A stretch of DNA of 64,000 bases, filler included, from an uncultured bacterium (GTDB lineage: Bacteria; CAYJRR01), in assembly GCA_964372275.1 (NCBI GenBank). It is 4 parts of 4 records of this genome, joined end to end, with 100 filler letters (N's around TTAATTAATTAA, not from the genome) between each part and the next. Parts side by side here need not be neighbours in the genome. Positions count along the whole stretch, not along the records: positions 34,842 to 51,118 come from CAYJRR010000100.1; 3 more parts are not named here. The stretch is one strand, 5' to 3'. Shown piece after piece: positions 40,907-49,587 of the stretch (its first letter is position 1; each line of letters begins with the position of its first letter). The position numbers and the translations under genes are program-made. The notes beneath the pieces are model-generated. The model was not told where the DNA came from and searched no databases. It saw only the letters and a list, made by a program, of their open reading frames with translations.

Positions 40907-42241
40907 GTGGCGACGTTCGAGTTCAAGCTGCCGGACATCGGCGAGGGCGTGGTCGAAGGGGAGATCGTCAAGTGGCTGATCAAGCCCGGTGACACGGTGG
41001 TCGAGGACCAGCCGATGGTCGAGGTGATGACCGACAAGGCGACGGTCACCATTCCGAGCCCCAAGGCGGGGAAGGTGGTGAAGACGGTCGGCCGGGAAGG
41101 GGAGATCGCCAAGGTCCACCACACCCTGGTTGTGCTCGACGTCGAGGCGGGTGCGCCGGCGAAGGGAAATGGAGCGGCGAAGGCCGACGCGCCACGTCCG
41201 GCCCCGGCCCGGGAGGGGGAGGCGGCGCGCGAGACGCGCGGCGCCGGGGAGGCGCCCCGACCCGCCGGCCGCGGCGAGGGCGGCCGGCCGGCGATCGCCG
41301 CCGTCCCCGCGCCGGCGGCGGAGCGCGTGCTGGCGACCCCGGCGACGCGACGCTACGCGCGCGAAGCCGGCGTCGACCTGGCGGCGGTGCGCGGAACGGG
41401 GGAGTCGGGGAGAGTGACGATGGAGGACGTGCGCGCCGCCGCGGGAGGGGGCGTCAGCGCGTTCGGCGGCGGTCCGGCCGCGCGTCCTGCCGCTCCGGCG
41501 GCCGCCCCCGCCGGATACGCGGCCCCCGCGTTGCGGGCGGTCTCCGCCGGGGGGGAGGAGCGGATTCCGGTGCGCGGGCTGCGCAAGAAGATCGCCGAGA
41601 AGATGGCGCTGTCGAAGCAGCACGCGGCCCACTTCACCTTCGTCGAGGAGTGCGACGTCACCCAGCTCGTCGAGGCCAAGGATCGCATCCAGAAGAGCGG
41701 GATCGAGATCACCTACCTGCCGTTCATCATGAAGGCGATCGTCGCCGCGCTGAAGCGCTTCCCGACGGTCAACGCCGTCTACGACGAGGCGAAGAACGAG
41801 CTGGTGGTGAAGCGTTACTACAACTTTGGGATCGGGGTCGCGACCGACGCGGGGTTGTCGGTGGTGGTGGTGCACGACGTCGACAAGCGCTCGATCCGCG
41901 AGATCGCCGGCGAGCTCAAGCGGCTGTCGGCCGACGCGCGCGCCGGAAAGTCGTCGATGGCCGACGTCACCGGCTCGACCTTCACCATCACCAGCCTGGG
42001 GAGCCAGGGCGGGGTGCTGGCGACGCCGGTGATCAACTACCCGGAGGTGGCGATCCTCGGGATCCACAAGATCAAGGAGACGCCGGTGGTGCGCGACGGG
42101 CAGATCGTGATCCGCAAGGTGATGAACCTCTCCGCCAGCTTCGACCACCGGATGATCGACGGCCACGTCGGCGCCGCGTTCGTCTACGAGGTGATCAAGT
42201 ACCTCGAAGACCCGAACCTGCTCTTCGTGGAGATGGTGTAG
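40907..42241 (+). CDS. Dihydrolipoamide acyltransferase E2 (single lipoyl domain)
   Basis: FKLPDIGEG, VMTDKA lipoyl site, ATPATRR...GTGESGRV E3-binding domain, SFDHRMIDG. Confidence 0.95.
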   Translation: MATFEFKLPDIGEGVVEGEIVKWLIKPGDTVVEDQPMVEVMTDKATVTIPSPKAGKVVKTVGREGEIAKVHHTLVVLDVEAGAPAKGNGAAKADAPRPAPAREGEAARETRGAGEAPRPAGRGEGGRPAIAAVPAPAAERVLATPATRRYAREAGVDLAAVRGTGESGRVTMEDVRAAAGGGVSAFGGGPAARPAAPAAAPAGYAAPALRAVSAGGEERIPVRGLRKKIAEKMALSKQHAAHFTFVEECDVTQLVEAKDRIQKSGIEITYLPFIMKAIVAALKRFPTVNAVYDEAKNELVVKRYYNFGIGVATDAGLSVVVVHDVDKRSIREIAGELKRLSADARAGKSSMADVTGSTFTITSLGSQGGVLATPVINYPEVAILGIHKIKETPVVRDGQIVIRKVMNLSASFDHRMIDGHVGAAFVYEVIKYLEDPNLLFVEMV

Positions 42242-42245
42242 CGCG

Positions 42246-43394
42246 GTGAAGTCGAAGCCGGCCCGACGCACGAAAGCGCCCGTGGCGAGCGACGCCAATT
42301 CGCCGACGAAAAGCTCCCGGCGCCCCGAAGGCACGCCCTTGTCCGCGGCACCGGACGTCGACGCGGGGACGCTGCGGGCGATCTATCGGGGGATGGTGAG
42401 GATCCGGCTGCTCGACGAGCGGATGATGCTGCACCAGCGGCAGGGCCGGATCGGGTTCTACGGCGCCTGCACCGGGCAGGAGGCGACGCCGGTGGCGGTC
42501 GCGGAGGCGCTCGAGCCGTCGGACTGGATCTTCCCCGGCCTGCGCGAGGGGGCGGCGATGCTCCAGCGCGGCTATCCGCTGGTGCCCTACCTGGCCCAGG
42601 TCTTCGGGAACGCCGGCGATCCGACCAAGGGACGCCAGATGCCGTCGCACCAGGCCGACCGCCGGGTGAACCAGGTGTCGTGGTCCTCGGTGATCGGCAC
42701 GCAGGCCAGCCAGGCGGTCGGCGCCGCGATGGCGGCGCGCCATCGCGGAGACGACACGGTGGTGGTCGGTTTCTTCGGCGACGGCGCGACCTCCGCCGCC
42801 GACTTCCACATGGCGATGAACTTCGCCGGCGTCTTCAAGCCGCCGGTGGTCCTGATCTGCCAGAACAACCAGTGGGCGATCTCGGTCCCGGCGGCGCGCC
42901 AGACGGCCTCGGAGACGATCGCCGTGAAGGCGAGCGCCTACGGCATCCCCGGGGTCCGCGTCGACGGCAACGACGCGGTCGCCGTCTACCGCGCGGCGCG
43001 CGAGGCGGTGACCCGCGCCCGGTCCGGCGGTGGACCGACCTTCCTCGAAGCGCTCACCTACCGGATCGGCGCCCACAGCTCCTCCGACGACCCGACCCGC
43101 TACCGCGATCCGAAGGAGGTCGAGCGCTGGCAGGCGCGCGATCCGATCGACCGGATGCGCGCCCTGCTGAAGGAGCGGAAGCTCCTCGACGACCGCGCCG
43201 ACGCGAAACTCCGCGAGGAGCTGTCCGCCGAGATCCAGTCCGCCGTCGCCGAAGCCGAAGCGCTCCCGCCGCCCCCGCTCTCCACGATGTTCGAGGACCT
43301 CTACGCCACCGACCCGCCGCTGACGAGACTCCAGCGCGCCGAATACGAAGCGACCGTCCACGACCCCGACCGCAAGCCCCCGGGCTCGCGGTAG
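42246..43394 (+). CDS. 2-oxoacid dehydrogenase E1 alpha, copy 2
   Basis: [23 protein letters not shown]...QNN, YRIGAHSSSDDP. Confidence 0.92.
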   Translation: MKSKPARRTKAPVASDANSPTKSSRRPEGTPLSAAPDVDAGTLRAIYRGMVRIRLLDERMMLHQRQGRIGFYGACTGQEATPVAVAEALEPSDWIFPGLREGAAMLQRGYPLVPYLAQVFGNAGDPTKGRQMPSHQADRRVNQVSWSSVIGTQASQAVGAAMAARHRGDDTVVVGFFGDGATSAADFHMAMNFAGVFKPPVVLICQNNQWAISVPAARQTASETIAVKASAYGIPGVRVDGNDAVAVYRAAREAVTRARSGGGPTFLEALTYRIGAHSSSDDPTRYRDPKEVERWQARDPIDRMRALLKERKLLDDRADAKLREELSAEIQSAVAEAEALPPPPLSTMFEDLYATDPPLTRLQRAEYEATVHDPDRKPPGSR

Positions 43395-44573
43395 TCAGGC
43401 GACGGACTCCCAGGAAAGGACCCGGATCTTCGACGGGCGGTCTTCAAGGGGAGCGGCGCCGAGACCGAGACGCCGAACCTCGTGACTCCCCGCCTTCTTG
43501 GCGAAAGCGCGGAGCAGCTCGAGGTCTCGGGAGAGGAGTCGCTCGTCGGGGAAGACCTGGACGGCGGTCAGTCGCCGCTTGGCATCGGTGACGATCAGGT
43601 GGATCCGGCGGCCCTTGGGTGTCCGGTAGTAGTGGAGCCTGGACTCGCGATCGCCGCGGTACATCCGCTGCGAAAGCTCCTCGTGGAGCAGCCAGGTGTG
43701 GAGCTTCCGCTCGAAGTCGGCTTTGAGGTGGTGTGCGAAACCGACATCGCAGAGGAAGTGGATCGGCTTGCCCGTTCCCAGCGGGTGGGGGTCGAGGCGA
43801 TGGAGGACGAAGAGCTGCTCCAGCGCGGTGAGGTGGGTTCGGATTCGGCGTAGGTCCCGTTTCAGCGTCCGGGCGATCTCGCCCGCCTCCGGCTCCTCCA
43901 GCGTCGCCACCAACTCCAGGATCCGCATGGCGAGGTCGGGATCGAGCCGGATTTTTGGGAACTGGAGGAGGTCGCGGCTCGTCGTCAGGTCGAACCAGTC
44001 CTGGACCAGGCCGAGGCGCTCCTCGCCCGATCGCACCGCGAAGATCCCGGGCATGCCTCCCCGTTCCAGGAACTGGAGTAGATCGCGGCGCGTCGCCCGC
44101 GGAAGGCCGGCGTCCGGGATCCCGCGCTCGCGTGGCGGCAGCTCGAGGGTCTCCGCGAGGTTCATCGGAAAGAGGCGGACACGGGAGATCCTCCCGGTCA
44201 GCGACTCCCGGACCAGCGTCAACCGGGAGAACTCCGTCGAGCCCAAGAGCAGGAATCGGCCGGGTCGCCGTTCGCGATCGACTTCGAATTTGATCGCGTC
44301 GAAGATGCGCGGCACCTTCTGCGCCTCGTCGAGCACCAGCGGCCGGGCCTCCGGGAACTGCGCCAGGAAGGTCTCCGGATTCGTCGTCGCGAATTCGCGG
44401 TCGGCGAGGCGGTCGAAGGTGCGATAGGCGAGTGCCGCGAGCTGCTTGGCGAGAAGCTCCCGGGTGAGGAAGCTCTTCCCCGCCTGACGCGGTCCCTGGA
44501 TGGCCACGACGGGGGAGAAACGGAGCCTCTTCAGGAGCTGCGGAACGACGTGGCGTGGCCGGATGTGTGGCAC
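43395..44573 (-). CDS. AAA_14/DUF4143-family ATP-binding protein
   Basis: GPRQAGKS (Walker A), LDEAQKVP (Walker B), FLLLGS, ESLTGR, GGMPG, LCDVG, YYRT; GTG start at 44573 inferred. Confidence 0.85.
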   Translation of the reverse strand: MPHIRPRHVVPQLLKRLRFSPVVAIQGPRQAGKSFLTRELLAKQLAALAYRTFDRLADREFATTNPETFLAQFPEARPLVLDEAQKVPRIFDAIKFEVDRERRPGRFLLLGSTEFSRLTLVRESLTGRISRVRLFPMNLAETLELPPRERGIPDAGLPRATRRDLLQFLERGGMPGIFAVRSGEERLGLVQDWFDLTTSRDLLQFPKIRLDPDLAMRILELVATLEEPEAGEIARTLKRDLRRIRTHLTALEQLFVLHRLDPHPLGTGKPIHFLCDVGFAHHLKADFERKLHTWLLHEELSQRMYRGDRESRLHYYRTPKGRRIHLIVTDAKRRLTAVQVFPDERLLSRDLELLRAFAKKAGSHEVRRLGLGAAPLEDRPSKIRVLSWESVA

Positions 44574-44707
44574 CTGATGGTAAATTAAACCATGCCATTT
44601 CAAGACACTCAATGTCGTAAATAGGAATGGTTTGGAATGGCCAAAAGGCCCGATGGACCCCGCACCGCCGTTCGGCTGATGATCCGGTCCTTCACGAGGA
44701 GACGCTC

Positions 44708-46117
44708 ATGGCGGACAGGTTCGAGGTGGTGGTCGTGGGCTCGGGGCCCGGCGGGTACGTCGCGGCGATCAAGGCGGCGCAGCTCGGAAAGCGCACGGCG
44801 GTGATCGAGCGCGAGCACATCGGCGGGGTCTGCCTCAACTGGGGGTGCATCCCGTCGAAGGCGCTGCTCCACGCGGCGCACGTGTTCGAGGAGGCGACCG
44901 GACACGCGGCCGAAATGGGGATCGAGATGAAGCCCCGCCTCGACGCCAAGAGGATGGAGGCCTGGAAGGAGTCGGTCGTCCAGAAGATGACCCAGGGCGT
45001 CACCCAGCTCCTCAAGGGGAACAAGGTGACGACGATCTGGGGGAACGCGGCCTTCACCGGTCCCCACTCGATCGACGTGACGGGCAAGGACGGGAAGCGC
45101 GCGGTCGAGTTCGACCAGGCGATCATCGCCGTCGGCGCGCGGCCGGTGGAGCTCCCGGGGTTCGCCTTCGACGAGGAGCGGATCCAGTCGGCGAAGGGGG
45201 CGGTGCACGTCGACAAGATGCCGAAGACGATGGCGATCGTCGGCGGCGGGATCATCGGACTGGAGCTGGGGACGGTCTACGCCAAGCTCGGGTGCCAGGT
45301 GACGGTTCTGGAGGTGATGCCGCAACTGATGACCGGCACCGACGCCGACCTGGTGCGGCCGGTGCAACGGCGTCTGGAGAAGCTGGGCGTCGCTTTCGTC
45401 CTCAACGCCAAAGCGAAGGAGGCGAAGAAGACGGCGAAGGGGGTCGACGTCGTCTACGAAGCGGAGGGGAAGACAAAGACGCTCTCCGTCGACAAGGTGC
45501 TGGTCGCCGTCAGCTTCCGGCCGAACACCGAGAAGATCGGGCTGGAGAAGGCCGGGGTGAAGACCGACGAGCGCGGCTTCATCCCGGTCGACGCCGAGCT
45601 GCGGACCAACGTGAGGCATCTCTTCGCCATCGGCGATTGCACCGGCGCGCCCCTTCTCGCGCACCGCGCGATGAAGCAGGGGGAGGTCGCGGCCGAGATC
45701 GCCGCGGGTCACAAATCGGCCTACGACGTGGTGGCGATGCCGGGCGGGGCGTTCACCGACCCGGAGATCGCGACCGTCGGCCTGTCCGAGGCGAAGGCGC
45801 GCGAGGCCGGGCACGAGATCCTGGTGGGGAAGTTCTTCTTCGGCGCGAACGGGCGCGCCGTGGCGGTCGGCGCCGCGGAGGGTTTCGTGAAGGTGGTCGC
45901 CGACAAGCGCAGCAAGGCGCTCCTCGGCGTGCACATCGTCGGTCCCAACGCCAACGACCTGATCGCCGAGGCGGCGATGGCGCTGGAGATGGGGGCGCTG
46001 GTCGACGACCTCGCGCTCACCGTCCACGCCCACCCGACGCTTCCGGAGGCGCTGCACGAATCGGCCAAGGCGGCGCTCGGCGAGGCGATCCATGCCCTCA
46101 ACCGCAGCGCGGCGTAG
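44708..46117 (+). CDS. lpdA: Dihydrolipoyl dehydrogenase E3
   Basis: GSGPGGYVAA, GGVCLNWGCIPSK, GGGIIGLE, HAHPTLPE; AGGAG RBS. Confidence 0.97.
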   Translation: MADRFEVVVVGSGPGGYVAAIKAAQLGKRTAVIEREHIGGVCLNWGCIPSKALLHAAHVFEEATGHAAEMGIEMKPRLDAKRMEAWKESVVQKMTQGVTQLLKGNKVTTIWGNAAFTGPHSIDVTGKDGKRAVEFDQAIIAVGARPVELPGFAFDEERIQSAKGAVHVDKMPKTMAIVGGGIIGLELGTVYAKLGCQVTVLEVMPQLMTGTDADLVRPVQRRLEKLGVAFVLNAKAKEAKKTAKGVDVVYEAEGKTKTLSVDKVLVAVSFRPNTEKIGLEKAGVKTDERGFIPVDAELRTNVRHLFAIGDCTGAPLLAHRAMKQGEVAAEIAAGHKSAYDVVAMPGGAFTDPEIATVGLSEAKAREAGHEILVGKFFFGANGRAVAVGAAEGFVKVVADKRSKALLGVHIVGPNANDLIAEAAMALEMGALVDDLALTVHAHPTLPEALHESAKAALGEAIHALNRSAA

Positions 46118-47051
46118 CGCCGCCGCCGCGGCGCTGCTCCTGACCGCGGGCTGCGCCCATCTGGAGAAGCCCGCGGCCCTGGCCGGGTGGGACCGGGCCC
46201 CTTCGCCGCCCGCGAAGATGCGGATGACCCTCCTGTCGGTCGGCGCGTTCGAGAACGACTACGCCGACGCGGTCAGAGGGGGCGAGAACCGACCGATCCG
46301 GATGCCGAACATCGTCGCCTTCGTGGAGCACCCCCTCGGGAACCTTCTGGTCGACACCGGATTCGCCGTCCGCTACCGGGACCAGCGCCGATCCTTTCCC
46401 GTCTCCCTCTTCGACCGGATGACCCACGCGTCGTTCGACGCGGAGTCGGATCCGGTGGTGAAACAGCTCCCGCGCCACGGCATCGATCCGGCCTCGATCC
46501 GGTGGGTGCTGCTTACGCACATGCACTTCGACCATGCCGGCGGATTGCCCGACCTACCCTCCGCGCGCGTCGTCGTCCCGCGCGCCGAATGGGCGGCGGC
46601 GCACCGGTCGACCCTCTTCGCCGCCTACCGCGGTTACGCCCCGTCGATGTACCGCGACCTTTCGCCCGAAGCCTTCCTCGTCGAGTGGCCGGAGCGGCCG
46701 TATGCGACGTTCGAGCGCTCGGTCGACCTGTTCGGCGATGGCTCGATCGTCCTGGTCGACGCCTGGGGGCATACGCCCGGGTCGATGGCCATCTTCGTCA
46801 ACCTGCCGTCCGGCGAGCGGTTCCTCTTCGTGGGGGACGCCGCCTGGGTCCGCGCCAACTACCGCCTGCCGGCGCACAAGAGCTGGAAGACCCGCACCAT
46901 CGACAACGGCCGGCGCAACGTGATGCAGACCCTCTGGCGGTTGAAGCGGTTGGAGGAGCTGGCCCCCGAGGTGAAGATCGTCCCGGCGCACGACCCGGAC
47001 GTGTGGGCCGAGCTGAAGCACGCCCCCCACTGGTACGGCGACACCCGTTAG
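46092..47051 (+). CDS. MBL-fold hydrolase, AiiA-like N-acyl homoserine lactonase family, predicted lipoprotein
   Basis: LLLTAGC lipobox, LVDTG, LTHMHFDHAGG (HxHxDH), DLFGDGS, GHTPGS, GDA, PAHD. Confidence 0.82.
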   Translation: MPSTAARRSAAAAALLLTAGCAHLEKPAALAGWDRAPSPPAKMRMTLLSVGAFENDYADAVRGGENRPIRMPNIVAFVEHPLGNLLVDTGFAVRYRDQRRSFPVSLFDRMTHASFDAESDPVVKQLPRHGIDPASIRWVLLTHMHFDHAGGLPDLPSARVVVPRAEWAAAHRSTLFAAYRGYAPSMYRDLSPEAFLVEWPERPYATFERSVDLFGDGSIVLVDAWGHTPGSMAIFVNLPSGERFLFVGDAAWVRANYRLPAHKSWKTRTIDNGRRNVMQTLWRLKRLEELAPEVKIVPAHDPDVWAELKHAPHWYGDTR

Positions 47052-47935
47052 GCTCGCGGGTAGGAGCCGAGCAATCGGTAGAACCCCGCCTTTCTTTCGA
47101 GGCGCGCCAGCGCTTCGGCGGCGTTCGACTCCTCGCGGTGCGCCTCCAGGTCGACGAAGAACCAGTACTCCCCCAGGCGCCGCCGCGTCGGGCGCGATTC
47201 GATCCGGGAGAGGTTGATGCCGCGCGCCGCGAACTCGCCGAGCGCGTCGTGCAAGCCGCCGGGCCGATCGCGGTCGAGGCCGAAGACGATCGAGGTGCGA
47301 TCGCGTCCGGTCGGCCTCTCGTCGTCGCGCGCGAGCAGCACGAAGCGGGTGGCGTTTCCGGGCTCGTCGGAGAGGTCGTCGCGCCGCACCACCAGACCGA
47401 AGCGGCCGGCGGCCTCGCGCGGCGCCACCGCGACCCATGCGCCGGCCGACCCTTCCGTCCCCGTGAGCGCGGTCCCCTGCCGCGCGGTCTCCGCCACCCT
47501 CTTCGCGGCCTCCGCGGTGGAGAGCGCCGGGATCTGCATCGCCGCCGGGAACAAGGAGGAGATCGTCGAGGCGCACTGCGCCAGCGCCTGCGGATGGGAG
47601 AGGATCGCCGCCACGCTCGCCCGGAAGGCGTCGTCCTCCGCCGGGAGCCCGGGGGGCGCCAGCAGCGCGTGGGCGATCGGCCGGACGAGCTCGCGCCGGA
47701 TCCGGATCCCGTCCCCGGTCGGTCCGGCGAGCAGATCGAGCGTCGCGCCGACCGAGCCTTCGAGCGCGTTCTCCAGCGGCAGCAGCGCCGCCTCCGCCTC
47801 GCCGGCCACGAGCTTCGCGAAGGCGGCCCGGATCCCGGACTCGGGAAGTCGCGTCCAACCGGCGACCGCCGCGCAGGCGGAGACCGCCTCTCCGGTGTGA
47901 CTGCCTTCCGGTCCGAGGAACGCGACGCGCGGCAT
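47048..47935 (-). CDS. pheA: Prephenate dehydratase
   Basis: AFLGPEGS, PLENALEG, SHPQALAQC, NATRF, ACT domain INLSRIESRP. Confidence 0.93.
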   Translation of the reverse strand: MPRVAFLGPEGSHTGEAVSACAAVAGWTRLPESGIRAAFAKLVAGEAEAALLPLENALEGSVGATLDLLAGPTGDGIRIRRELVRPIAHALLAPPGLPAEDDAFRASVAAILSHPQALAQCASTISSLFPAAMQIPALSTAEAAKRVAETARQGTALTGTEGSAGAWVAVAPREAAGRFGLVVRRDDLSDEPGNATRFVLLARDDERPTGRDRTSIVFGLDRDRPGGLHDALGEFAARGINLSRIESRPTRRRLGEYWFFVDLEAHREESNAAEALARLERKAGFYRLLGSYPRA

Positions 47936-48907
47936 CTATTGGACGAGCACGCGCGCCAGGTCGAACAGGCGCAGGTCGATCGCCTTCTTGTTCGCCACGA
48001 CCGTCTCGAGCGGCGTCGAGGCGATCTCCCCCTTCAGGAGTCCGACGAGCACGCCGTGCTCGCCGCCGGCCAGGCGCTCGGTGGCGCCCGCCCCGAGCCG
48101 CGTCGCGAGCAGTCGATCGAACGCGCCGGGGGCGCCGCCGCGCTGCACGTGCCCCAGCGTCGTCACCCGGAAATCGAAGCCGATCTGGGTCCGGTGCTCC
48201 TGGAAGTAGCGCGAGAGGCGTTCCGCGTTGTTCTTCGCCCCCTCCGCCACCACCACGATCCCATGCAGCTTTCCGCGTTCCCAGGCCGAATGGACCTCGG
48301 CCGCGATCACGTCGGCCTCCATCTCCCGCTCGGGGATCACGACGGCCTCGGCGCCGCCGGCGATCGCCGCCATCAGCGCCAGGTAGCCGCAGTCGCGCCC
48401 CATCACTTCGACCAGGAAGCAACGCTTGTGCGACGAGGCGGTCACCTTCAGTCGGTCGATCGCTTCGAGCGCGATGTTCAGCGCGGTGTCGACGCCGATG
48501 GTGATCTCGGCGCCGTAGAGGTCGTTGTCGATTGTGGAGGCGATCCCCACCACCGGGAATCCCATCTTCGCGAGCGCGTGGGCCCCCGCCTGGCTGCCGT
48601 TCCCGCCGATCACCACCAGCGCGTCGATCCCGCGGGCGCGCAGTCCCTCGATCGCCTTGGCGCGGACCGCCTCCTGGCGGAACTCGGGGCAGCGGCTGCT
48701 GCCCAGCATCGTGCCGCCGCGCTGGAGGATCCCGCCGACGTCGCGCGCCCCGAGCGCCTGGAAGTCGCCGTCGCGGAGCCCCGCGAAACCGCCGCGCACG
48801 CCGAACGTCTCCCACCCGTAGCCGATGCCGGTCCGGGCGACCGCGCGGATGGCGGCGTTCATCCCCGGCGCGTCCCCGCCGCTGGTCAGGACCGCGATCC
48901 TCTTCAT
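47936..48907 (-). CDS. pfkA: ATP-dependent 6-phosphofructokinase
   Basis: LTSGGDAPGMNAA, TIDND, EVMGRDCG, LGHVQRGG. Confidence 0.95.
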   Translation of the reverse strand: MKRIAVLTSGGDAPGMNAAIRAVARTGIGYGWETFGVRGGFAGLRDGDFQALGARDVGGILQRGGTMLGSSRCPEFRQEAVRAKAIEGLRARGIDALVVIGGNGSQAGAHALAKMGFPVVGIASTIDNDLYGAEITIGVDTALNIALEAIDRLKVTASSHKRCFLVEVMGRDCGYLALMAAIAGGAEAVVIPEREMEADVIAAEVHSAWERGKLHGIVVVAEGAKNNAERLSRYFQEHRTQIGFDFRVTTLGHVQRGGAPGAFDRLLATRLGAGATERLAGGEHGVLVGLLKGEIASTPLETVVANKKAIDLRLFDLARVLVQ

Positions 48908-49578
48908 GTGGAATCCTCCGCGAGCGGCGGCTCGATCCCCCAGGCGGCGAGGTCCTCCGGCCGGTTCACGTTGGCGAAGCTCGCCCGCGCGCCGGCGCGC
49001 TCGGCCTCCAGCCGCTCGATCGGGACGCCGACCGATCCGATCTCGGCGAGGAGGTCCCGGAAAGACGGCTCGCCGGTCGCGAGCAGGCGCGCCAGCAAGG
49101 GCTCGGCCGAGACGGGCCAGAAGGCGTGCAGCGGCTCCGGCCGGCCGTCGATGGTGGCGAGGCACGGACGGTCCGCCTCCCGATGACGCGCGAGCGAGGC
49201 GACGACGGCGCCATCGATCGCCGGCATGTCGCAGGCGACGAGGAAGACCCACGGCGTCCGCGCCGCGCGCAGCGCCGCGAGCAGCCCCCCCGGCGCGCCG
49301 CGGCCGGGGATCGGGTCGGGGACGATCGGCACGCCGAACGGACGATAGGGCTCCGGATCGTCGGCGACGACCACCCGCGCCGCGAAGAGCGGATCGAGCG
49401 CCCGCAGCGTGCGCGCCAGCAGCGGTTCCCCGCCGGAGCGGAGCAGCGCCTTGCGCGTACCGCCGAGACGCAAGCCCCGCCCCCCCGCCAGGACGGCGAG
49501 CGTCGCGTCGGCGACCGGCGGAGGTGCGTGCGTTGCGGCGGCGTGCGTCACGGCGCGCGCGAGGGTACTCGCTCCCAC
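48904..49578 (-). CDS. mobA: Molybdenum cofactor guanylyltransferase
   Basis: LAGGRGLRLGG..KA, VACDMP, EPLHA, NVNRPED. Confidence 0.9.
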   Translation of the reverse strand: MGASTLARAVTHAAATHAPPPVADATLAVLAGGRGLRLGGTRKALLRSGGEPLLARTLRALDPLFAARVVVADDPEPYRPFGVPIVPDPIPGRGAPGGLLAALRAARTPWVFLVACDMPAIDGAVVASLARHREADRPCLATIDGRPEPLHAFWPVSAEPLLARLLATGEPSFRDLLAEIGSVGVPIERLEAERAGARASFANVNRPEDLAAWGIEPPLAEDST

Positions 49579-49587
49579 GCCGGAGGG

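Noticed and set aside
48590..48615. PfkA GGNGS instead of GGDGS as an inactivating change
   Set aside because: GGNG variants occur in active bacterial PFKs (recalled for Thermus), and all other motifs are intact.
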